Shown here: positions 51,831-61,670 of the stretch, piece after piece | Layout of the letters: the number at the start of each line of letters is the position of its first letter | Numbering within the stretch: position 1 is the first letter of the stretch | Assembly (NCBI GenBank): GCA_030390025.1 | Contig: CM059433.1 | Coordinates: 8,930,001 to 8,994,000 of the forward strand | Reading direction: 5' to 3' | Origin: Squalus acanthias | Lineage: Eukaryota | DNA length: 64,000 nucleotides | Position numbers and translations under genes: made by a program | Notes under the pieces: generated by a model | What the model was told of the DNA's origin: nothing | Database searches by the model: none | Seen by the model: the letters and a program-made list of their open reading frames with translations, nothing else

Positions 51831-52585
51831 AGCTGCTGGAAACCAAATCAAACCCGTGGTTAGGAATTTTTGACGACTGAACCCGATCAGATCGAGAGAT
51901 GAAAGCCTCAGATTTAAAATGTGAAAAGTCGCGCGTTAAAGCGGGATTTCTGCACGCCCCACCTGCACGTAAGCGGGATTTGTAATAAAGCAAACTTTTC
52001 ACAATTTAAAGCACAGGTGAAAAAAATGGGTTTTTAAACATGGTTGCGTCAAAGCGGGAATTGCAATTAAGTGAATTACGCATAAACAGGTGCGGATGTA
52101 AGTTATTATAGCAGACATCCTTCCATCTAACTCCTTGAAAAGATAGCTAATCCTTTGCAAAAAAACCAGGAGGTCACAGTCACTCTTTTCCATGAAATTC
52201 TTTTATTGCTTTGACAGCCTTTAATCTAAATGATACCTTGGAAATTCAGTTTCTTTTCTCTTTCAAGGGTTTGGAATTCACCAGTTTGTTTTCTGAGATT
52301 TTTAAGTTGACATCCCTCCTCTGACTCAGACAGAAGCAGTCTTTTATTTCCGAGAAGAAGGTGATCGGGGACTTCCTAGAATCGCATTGTATCAAAATAA
52401 ACTTGTTACAGGGATGCAGTAGATTTTTTTATAAATGCTTATGTACGCTGACTGGATTTTAAGGAGGAATGGGTACGCTATTTGTAAATTCTGCTGAACC
52501 CCAGAAAATCGCGGAGCGTGCTATTCTCCAAAAGAAGCCATCACAAGGAACAGGGTGTTTGGATTGAGTTGCAGTCAAAACCAAC

Positions 52586-53283
52586 GAACATAGAAACATA
52601 GAAAAATAGGAGCAGGAGTCGGCCATTCGGCCCTTCGAGCCTGCTCCGCCATTCAATATGATCATGGCTGATCCTCTATCTCAATACCATATTCCCACTC
52701 TCTCCCCATACCCCTTGATGCCTTTTGTGTCTAGAAATCTATCTATCTCCTTCTTAAATATATTCAGTGACTTGGCCTCCACAGCCTTCTGTGGTAGAGA
52801 ATTCCACAGGTTCACCACCCTCTGAGTGAAGAAATTTCTCCTCATCTCAGTCCTAAATGTCCTACCCCCGTATCCTGAGACTGTAACCCCTCGTTCTAGA
52901 CCCCCCCCCCCCCCCACCAGCCAGGGGAAACATACTCCCTGCATCCAGTCTGTCTAGCCCAGTCAGAATTTTATACGTTTCAATGAGATCCCCTCTCATT
53001 CTTCTGAACTCTAATGAATACAGGCCTAGTCGACCCAATCTCTCCTCATACGACAGTCCTGCCATCCCAGGAATCAGTCTGGTGAACCTTCGCTGCGCTC
53101 CCTCTATGGCAAGTATATCCTTTCTTAGGTAAGGAGACCAAAACTGCACACAGTACTCCGGGTGTGGTCTCACCAAGGCCCTGCATAACTGTAGTAAGAC
53201 ATCCTTGCTCCTGTACTCAAATCCTCTTGCAATGAAGGCCAACATACCATTGGCCTTCCTAACTGCTTGCTGCACCTGCATGT
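52586..53283 (-). mobile_element. CR1 3' fragment
   Basis: ORFs 52862-53281 and 52681-52944; (CATAGAAA) tail. Confidence 0.9.
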
Positions 53284-53289
53284 TTGACC

Positions 53290-54450
53290 AGCAAAGAGCA
53301 GATGTTCCAGGGTATAACTTTCAAGAGGAATATGGTTTGGACACGGACATCAACAATATTGCTGCTGGGACATCAGCCGGGCTGGGCCAATTGTAAGTCC
53401 TCTGTAGAAAGAAGCATGACGTCAGCCCCAGAACCTTCCTAAGACTGCACAAAGCTTATATTCAACCAATCCTTTCAAAGAGCAGCACAGGCACAGTGGA
53501 CAGAATGGCCTCCTTCTGTGCTGCAAGTTTCTTTTTTTTAATTCATTCTTGGGATGTGGGCGTCGATGGCAAGGCCAGCATTTATTGCCCATCCCTAGTT
53601 GCCCTTGAGAAGGTGGTGGTGAGCCGCCTTCTTGAACCGCTGCAGTCCGTGTGGTGAAGGTACTCCCACAGTGCTGTTAGGGAGGGAGTTCCAGAATTTT
53701 GACCCAGCGCCAATGAAGGAACGGCTGATATACTACTAAGTCAGGATGGTGTGTGACTTGGAGGGGAACTTGGAGGTGGTGGTGTTCCCATGCGCCTGCT
53801 GCCCTTGTCCTTCCAGGTGGAAGAGGTCGCGGGTTTGGGAAGTGCTGCCGAAGACGCCTTGGCGAGTTGCTGCAGTGCATCTTGTAGATGGTACACACTG
53901 CAGCCACGGTACGCCGATGGTGGAGGGAGTGAATGTTTAAGGTGGTGGATGGGGGGCCAATCAAGCGGGCTGCTTTGTCCTGGATGGTGTCGAGCTTCTT
54001 GAGTGTTGTTGCAGCTGCACTCATCCAGGCAAGTGGAGAGTATTCCATCACACTCCTGACTTGTGCCTTGTAGGTGGTGGAAAGGCTTTGGGGAGTCAGG
54101 AGGTGATTCAGCCCGGTGTACTGAAAGTTAGAATCCAAAACCGAGCAATAGGAGCAGTGTATATTGCTCTACCATGCGTTATCTGCTCAACTCATTTGCA
54201 CTATATCTGTGGACTCCAAACAACAGAAGAAGATATCTGAGACTCCAACAGGGTACCTGCACAAGGTAAGGACTAATCCTTCAACATCAATGCTTATAGA
54301 GGAAGAACACAATCCACCCTGGCTACATTAGGCAGCAGACCTTGACCACATTCAATCACACAGAAGATTCTGTCGCAAGGGTTATCTGAACCCCCTGGCC
54401 TTGAGGTTCACATACTCAACAGTATGGACTGTTACAAGTTCCAGGTCGCA
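53290..54450 (+). mobile_element. Old I/Jockey-group LINE remnant, interrupted by a CR1 tail and a Zenon/Crack-like LINE (~53530-54107, minus)
   Basis: Plus frames give INNIAAGTSAGLGQL*VLCRKKHDVSPRTFLRLHKAYIQPIL and RIQNRAIGAVY...HLHYICGLQT, typical post-RT LINE motifs; ORF 53677-54138 is the Zenon/Crack-like family. Confidence 0.55.
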
Positions 54451-54520
54451 CCCAATATAAAAAGGATGTGAAAAGCGTAATAAATCCTGAGCATTAGCAA
54501 GCCTCCAATTTAATGACTCA

Positions 54521-55141
54521 GGGCAGAATTTTCATTGACCCGTGGAGGTGGGTTTGGAGGCGTGTGGGGGGTTAAAATTGCGAAAACTGGCGGGCGGGCA
54601 CAAGCCTGCCTCCATGCAATTTTCATTAAATCGTGTCTGCTGGTCCCGACTCCGTCCTGCCTCTTAGAGGCGGGATAGGCTGTTAAGGCCCTTAAGAAGT
54701 ACTAAATTGCCTCTATAATGCCATTTTGAAAGGCCTTTGTGATTTTAACCCTTTTTCTACGTGAAGCACGCCTGTTGTGAACCACGAATGTGAAACCTGG
54801 CGGTAGCACATTTCGGGGTGGTGGTGGTGGTGGTGGAGGTGGAGGAGGAAAAATATCTGGGAGCAGACTTGGAGCTGCTGCTGCTTATTTTGCCTTCAGG
54901 TCCTCTCACAGCAAAGGCCAGGCAGTCTTTGCAGACCTTCAATGCAGCAGCAATGATGACATCATCAGAGGCGACTTTTAGACTGAAAACACTAATTGGG
55001 TCATGGGTTCCCACATGCTGGAACTCAATTGCCCAATTAGGTGAAAATTGCATCAATCTCCCACATCCAATTGCAGTCGGGTGGATAACACGAAATGCGG
55101 ATGACACGACCCCAACCCGCCCCAGTATCAAAATCCAGCCC
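54521..55141. mobile_element. Harbinger-type MITE
   Basis: GGGCAGAATTTT ... AAAATCCAGCCC; homologous to 49425-50171. Confidence 0.85.
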
Positions 55142-55682
55142 TGAGTGTCTATGAGGGGGAAATGGAACATGACATCATATCATTACCACCTCATTTTCTG
55201 TTGACGTATATATCTATAAAACCCTGACGATTTTCAGATTTCAAACCTCAGAAATATTTGTCGATGAATGAGCAGGTAGTTTCATAATGAACATCAGAAT
55301 CAAAGGGGGGGAATTTTAACACCTCCTGCCTGGTGGAGGCTGGGTTGAGGGGGGCAGTAAAAGGGGGTCTTACCCACTCCTTTCAAACCCCGATCTGGCT
55401 GAATGCAATTTTAATTTGCAGGTGGGAAGGACACTCACCTCAATCCAACGGGGTCCTCTTTAAATATGCAGACCTGACATCATCGGGTCCCCCATCTGCT
55501 ATTTTAACGTGAGGCCTGAGCGGGGGAACAGTGGCGGTCTTCCCACCTGGGCAAGCCTGCCAGCAAACCTGGATCGGCACTTGAGGGAAATAAACTTGCA
55601 GGGCTACGGGGATAGAGCGGGGGAATTGGACTGACTGGATTGCTCTGCAGAGAGCTGGCACGGCCTCCTTCTGTGCCGTTAT

Positions 55683-56492
55683 GACTGGATTTTGATACTC
55701 AGGTCGGGTTGGGGTCGTGAATCCCACATTCTGGCTTGTAAACCTGCCTCCATCGAGATGTGGCCAACCCACTGTATTTTCCCTTGATTGACCTTGTTGA
55801 GCCCGCCCAGTGAGCTCAGCAGGCCAATTAAGGGCCACCCGGCAACAGGTGACGTCACAGATGGACATTTCATCTGTCAAGAGCTTTTGACAGATGAAAT
55901 ATCAGCGTTTGACAGCTCTGTGAAGCTGTCAAACACTCACAATATGATTTCTAACTTCAGTCCTTCCTTTCAGGCTGAGTTTTAAATCATTCCAGCACAG
56001 AAAACAGAGGCTGAAACTTTTGACAGCACCACGGCCTTTCTGCTTTCTGTGCCGGTGAGATTTCTGACTCCCGAGAACTGAAGGGCTGACACCTGCAGGA
56101 GGAAGTTAAGGTAAGTAAAACTTTTTCCCACACTTTGCACTTACCTTACACACTTACCTCTGCACACATGCACCCATCACTCACCTGCCCACCGGACATA
56201 TGGACCCCTCCAACCCCTACAGACCCACGATAACTTGGCGTGGTTGCCACCTGTCAGGAAGTCCACATTTCACCCTTTAAAATAGGGATTATCCAAAAAA
56301 CTGCCTGTTAACAGGCAGTTAATTGTCACTAATCCCTTCCCGCCTCGGGGAGTCGGGTCTCAGCACAGGTCGGGTACCCGCCGCCAGCGAAACTGGCATG
56401 GAGGCGGGATGGGGTCGGGACTCCCGAATCTGCAACTTTAACCCCCCACACGCCTCCAAACCCGACTCCACGGGTCATTGAAAATCCAGCCC
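55683..56492. mobile_element. Harbinger-type non-autonomous element
   Basis: GACTGGATTTTGA ... GAAAATCCAGCCC; shares CTTGATTGACCTTGTT and CCTGTTAACAGGCAGTTAA with 4882-5307. Confidence 0.75.
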
Positions 56493-57320
56493 TGTGACTC
56501 TATAACAGGAGCCAGGGCCAGAAGAGGTCCAGCAAAGTCAGTATTTTAAATTTTCTTTTAGTTTCCTTGTGGGCCAGGAAGATCTGGAGTGCGCCTCTGG
56601 CAATGTTCCCTTTCATTTCTTTTTTTGGGGGGGGGGGGTGTGCGGCCCATTGAAAATACCGCGCATGTGCGTTTTTTCCTATTAAAAGCTGGTGAGCCGG
56701 CTGCGCGGGAGCTGCAGAACGCTGCGCAGCCGCAGGGAACACGGCCTCTGGGCCCCACGAGGAAACCTTAGACCTCCCAACCCAGGCTTCCATCCCTCAG
56801 ATAGGATTTCCCTCGAAGCCACTGAGCTTGTGCCGAGACTGATCCCGCGGGACCGACAGCGACCCCCAAGCCGCACAATTTTAACAGCCGGGCATCCAAT
56901 TCCCGTCGACTTCCCGGCTCTTTTGGTCGGGAAGTGGCATGCTAATGAGGTCTGGTCATTAAATACCCTGCTGCCGCTCTTGGAACGGCGTGGCTGGAGG
57001 TGGCCAAGAGGTGCGCAACAGGAGCGTAATTATGAGGACTTGGAATGTAGATTCCCATGACAAAATCCGATCCGTCTCTTCTCTCCTCGAGAGCCATCAC
57101 GCGAAGAGTAGCCGCCCCTGCCCTTTGGCGATGTGAATTCCTGAGAGAAACTGATTGCTGCTGAGGGTACACCATCACAGGACACATGCGAGCCAGGCAG
57201 CAGCGCAGTTATGAGCACATCGGTCAGTCCTCTTAAGAGAGTTAGGTGGGATCTCACCAGGTGAATCACACGTCACAAGTGAGCACGAGCAGTGAGTGGT
57301 GGCAGGGACGGCCGTGGGGA

Positions 57321-57494
57321 GTCCGCGTCAGAGGGCGCGGTCCGCGTCAGAGGGCGCGGTCCGCGTCAGAGGGCGCGGTCCGCGTCAGAGGGCGCGGTCC
57401 GCGTCAGAGGGCGCGGTCCGCGTCAGAGGGCGCGGTCCGCGTCAGAGGGCGCGGTCCGTGTCAGAGGGCGCGGTCCGTGTCAGAGGGCGCGGTC
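57321..57494 (+). repeat. 19-bp tandem repeat (GTCCGCGTCAGAGGGCGCG) x ~9
   Basis: Seen directly; last two units carry CG>TG. Confidence 0.97.
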
Positions 57495-57898
57495 CTCTGC
57501 GAGCACTGCTCAAATGGACTGAGATGCGGAACCCGGAGGGGGGGGTGGGGGCTATCAATGAAAAGGAGAATGATAGAGGGTCAGCAACAACTGTGCGAGG
57601 TACTGGCATGTCCTGCCAGGCACACTCTCCACAATGGCCCAGAGGATGGAGGAGTCCAGTTCAAATATTTGTGGAGTGATGTCATAGGCCCTTGCGAAGC
57701 TGTCTTCCATTGAGAGTGGCCTCCTCTGTGGAACTTGAATCGCGGCGCACTAATGAGTCTCTGCAGACCCTGATGTTGGCCTTACAAACTACAAACGCCA
57801 GTATGTCTACCACCTCACACAGGAACATAGACAGATTGGACGTGGCTTCCAAGGCATCACCGATTGCCTCCAAGATGCGCTCCCACAGAGGCAGGTGT

Positions 57899-58371
57899 GA
57901 AACATAGAAACATAGAAGATAGGAGCAGGAGTAGGCCATTCAGCCCCTCGAGCCTGCTCCGCCATTTAATGAGATCATGGCTGATCATCCAAATTCAGTA
58001 CCCTGTCCCTGCTTTCTCCCCATATCCCTTGATCCCTTTAGCCTTAAGAAATATATCTCACTCCTTCTTGAATATATTTAATGAATTGGCCTCAACTGCC
58101 TTCTGAGGTAGAGAATTCCACAGGTTCACCACTCTCTGGGTGAAGAAATTCCTCCTCATCTCAGTCCTAAATGGCTTACCCCTTATCCTTAGACTGTGAC
58201 CCCTGGTTCTGGACTCCCCCGCCATCGGGAACATCCTTCCTGCATCTAGTCTGTCTAGTCCTGTTAGAATTTTATAAGTTTCAATGAGATTCCCTCCCAT
58301 TCTTCTAAACTCTAGCGAATATAAGCCCAATCGTCCCAATCTCTCTTCATACGTCATTCCTGTCATCCCAG
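57899..58371 (-). mobile_element. CR1 3' fragment inserted in the Harbinger
   Basis: ORF 58058-58456 GMTYEERLGRLGLYSLE...WNSLPQKAVEA. Confidence 0.9.
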
Positions 58372-58977
58372 TGATGTGCCACTGGCCCAGGAGAGGGACA
58401 ATCGCGATAGGGGAGATGGAAGTGAAAACTCCTCTCAAAGCATTTGCGCGGCTCATCCATTGCCCCCCCCCCCCCCAACCAGTACCCAGACATGCTGCCT
58501 CCTGTCCCGCTGGCCCCGTCTACCCCTGCACAGGTACAGGTGGAGCAGTCATTGGTGGGGCCCTCACGGGCTCCAACACCCAGAGGTTGTCGGCCGCGAG
58601 CTCCTCAGAAGTCAGCAGGGATCAGAGCAGCCTGTCTCTACCTCTGCTGAAGCCACACGGATTGCACCGGGTAGAGGTGCCAGAGAGAGAAAGAGAAAAG
58701 CTTCGTAGTTCACCAAGGGTACACACATGGGTCTTTTGGGATATTTGTTAACATTTAAAATTTATTATGTCACGTTAAATTCATTACTTTGCACCACTTT
58801 CCCTTGTTCCCCATTCTTGCAAACTCTGCTTTTCATTTGCCTGGTGCTCAATGTGGAGACATGGAATTGACTGAGACCAATTGGTGGATGGGCAACGAGT
58901 GGATGGGTTGCTTGTGTAAGTGAGGGGTGGAGGAGGGGGCGGGGAATGTTATAGATACTTTGGTCCAGTGTGAGTGA

Positions 58978-60190
58978 CTAACTGAACCTTCGAGCTATTA
59001 GGGCATCCCTGGCATCCCGAGCAGCAATGTGATTGGCTGGTCTGGACTTGGGCACCCCATCTTCCTCTTCCTCCTTCTCCTCTCCATTGGAGTCGTCATC
59101 AGATGAGGAATGCTGTGCGGCTTGTTCCTCCTGCACCTCTAGTCCTCGTTGCGGTGCTAAGTTGTGCAGAACACAGCACATCATGATTATCCTGGAGACT
59201 CTCGCTGGCGAGTACTGAAGGGCGCCTCCAGACCTGTCCAGGCACCTGAAGCGCAACCTGAGCCTGCCGATGGCTTGCTCGATGACACATCTGGTTGTTA
59301 TATGGCTGGAGTTGTAGTGCTCCTGGTGTTCATTGGTGGGGTTCCTCAGAGATGTCATCGGCCAGGTTTGAAGGGGGTATCCTTTGTCGCCTAGCAGCCA
59401 CCCTTTAAGGCTGGTTCCTGGTCTGAACGTGTTGGGGATGTTGGACTGTCACCACATGAAAGCATCATGGCAGCTCCCAAGGAATCTGGCGCAGACCTGC
59501 ATGAACCTTTTCTTCTGGTTGCACCCCAGCTGCACATTAATGGAATGAAATCCTTTGTGGTTGATGAATACGCTTGGTTGATCTGGGGGTGCTCGGATTG
59601 CCACATGCGTGCAGTCGATGGCACCCTGCACCTGTGGGAAGCCAGACAGAGACGCGAATCTGAGTGCCCACTCATTCTGGCTATTTTTGTCGCTGGGGAA
59701 GTTTACATAACTCTCAGCCCTAGCAAACAATCCATCCGTTACTTACCGTATGCATTTATGTGCAGCTGACTGCGACGCCCTCAATATGTCTCGGGTAGTG
59801 CCCTGGAAGGAACCGGGGGCAAAAAAATTGATAATGAGAGTGACTTTCACAGCAACTGGTAATGCGTGGTCACCAGGTCCAGCCGGTAGTAGGTCTTCTT
59901 CTAGGAGGCGGCAGATGTCTGCGACCACCTGACGTGACAATCTCACCCTTCGGAAGCACTGCTCATCCAAGAGATGAAGGAAGCTGAGCCTCTGTCTGTA
60001 GACCCCGTTAGGTGGGTATGGCCTCCTGCGACCTCGACCCCTCTGTTGGTCCCTTCTCTGCTGGCCACCTGCAGCTCCCTCCACAGCAGGTCCTTGCTGC
60101 TGCTGATCCACATTGTCCTCCTCGTCTGAAAATCCAATCAAAAGCAGCCTGGCGTACCCTTTCTGATCTGCTCCGTGTGAACACCTCCAA
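58978..60190 (-). pseudogene. HARBI1-like Harbinger DDE transposase with two in-frame stops
   Basis: GAIDCTHV, SCHDAF, GWLLGDKGYP, VIEQAIG..RFRCL, CCVLHN; ORF pieces ending at 59743, 59449 and 58978 share one frame. Confidence 0.9.
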
Positions 60191-60789
60191 ACTCTACAAA
60201 TAAGTCTCTCACAACAAGTGCTCTGGGAGGAGGCTTGCATGGAGCATAAACACCGGCACAGACCAGTTGGGCTGAATGGTTTGTTTCTGTGCTGTGAATT
60301 CTATGTAAACTGTTTCCCAGAGGGAACGGAGAAAGCAGCTGTGACTGCTGAACCTTTATTCAGATCTGGTCTATTGACCTTTAACCATCCCGGTAAAGTA
60401 CCGCTCCCAATCTCGCCTCGGTTTCACCGCCGGTTTTCCCGATCCCCGGGAAACCCGTGTAGTGGCCGTTAATTCCAAAACCGGGCTCACACTCGCGTTA
60501 TAGGAGCCTGATTTACATATGTTAATGACGGACCCACCTCTCCACAGTGGGATACTGTGACACCACGATATCTGCTGCCGTAGAAACAGAAATGACCACA
60601 CGTGCCACGGTTTAGTGTCGCGTTTTGTGCATTTTTGCGGTTTAAACTCCACACCCCCACAACCCACTCCCGTCCGTCTGAGGGGGGGGGGTTGGGGTTA
60701 ATATCGAGGCCAGAGTCTCCCCTTGTAATCATGCTTTGGGAGTTTGTTTAACAGCTTTATAGGCCACCTAAACTGCTATTCAATATTGT

Positions 60790-60878
60790 ATTCAAAAGTA
60801 CTTCATTGGCTGTAAAGTGCTTTGAGACGTCCGGTGGTCGTGAAAGGCGCTATAGAAATGTAAGTCTTTCTTTCTTTT
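60790..60878 (+). mobile_element. DeuSINE 3' tail fragment
   Basis: CAAAAGTACTTCATTGGCTGTAAAG...GGCGCTATAGAAATGTAAG(TCTT)n. Confidence 0.8.
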
Positions 60879-61549
60879 TTATGAGCATTGTTCCCGATTC
60901 ATCACATTTACCCCACTGTCCCGTAGCAGAAAATGTATTTTTTCATTGAGAGCAAAGTTCAGTCCATTTAATAAAGCTATTTTGTCCTTCCCCTTCCTAT
61001 AGTCTTGCACCCTCACACCATGTCTAGCTAAGAGGGTGGATGGGGACTGCATTCTGTAACTCAATACTAGATGACTCTTCCTATGATTTTCACTCTCTTC
61101 CTGCACCAAAGCATCCAGTCTTTGTTCCTTTGTTGTCTCTCCACAACAGCACAAGTGAGTTTGAAACTTAGCATGTGGAGTATCACTAACACAATTCTGA
61201 GTACTACTAGGCGATGGTGAGGTGAGTTGGCACCCTAACAAATAGTGTTCCTGCTCTGCTTTGTAGAAGACATTCCCCTGAACACAGCCCCCCACCTATG
61301 GATTTTCAATGAGTATTTCAAACCAAATGTCCTGAATCGCACACACCACGTCTCGCCAGGCTGTAGACAGCTGGAATCATGGATTTCAGGCTGCATTTAT
61401 ACTGTCACTTTTGTGTTGATGCAAGGTGGTTTTGGCTGCCGTCAATGCAAAGCTCGGAGTGTAACTGGGAGATTAAAGTCTACAGAAGACCCCTCCAGAA
61501 GGCCATGGCATAGTGGCTTGAATTCCCAAAGATGGCAGTATAAATCCAT

Positions 61550-61670
61550 GATGTGGAGATGCCGGCGTTGGACTGGGGTGGACAAAAATCAGAAGTCGCA
61601 CAACACCAGGTTATAGTCCAACAGTTTTATTTGAAATCACAAGCTTTCGGAGCTGCTGACGAAGGAGCAG
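61550..61670. mobile_element. Penelope terminal (pLTR) fragment with hammerhead halves in opposite orientations
   Basis: 61591-61653 nearly identical to 10526-10588; followed by plus-strand CTGACGAAGGAGCAGC. Confidence 0.8.

Larger units (their letters stand above)
56900..60710 (-). mobile_element. Autonomous-type PIF/Harbinger transposon (defective): transposase on minus, remnant second (probably Myb/SANT) ORF on plus
   Basis: Clear transposase at 58978-~60190; convergent remnant ORF ~57060-58750; TIR-like end GGGGTTAATATCGAGGCC at ~60710; left boundary uncertain. Confidence 0.75.

Noticed and set aside
57246..57713. Arg-rich ORFs in all three frames
   Set aside because: Produced by the 19-bp tandem repeat
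59735..59750. Splice donor (GTAAGT) within the transposase
   Set aside because: Protein similarity continues in frame across it (IR*VTDGLF), so it is a nonsense mutation
58978..60240. Domesticated host HARBI1 gene
   Set aside because: Premature stops, transposon context with a TIR-like end, and other degraded copies in the same window
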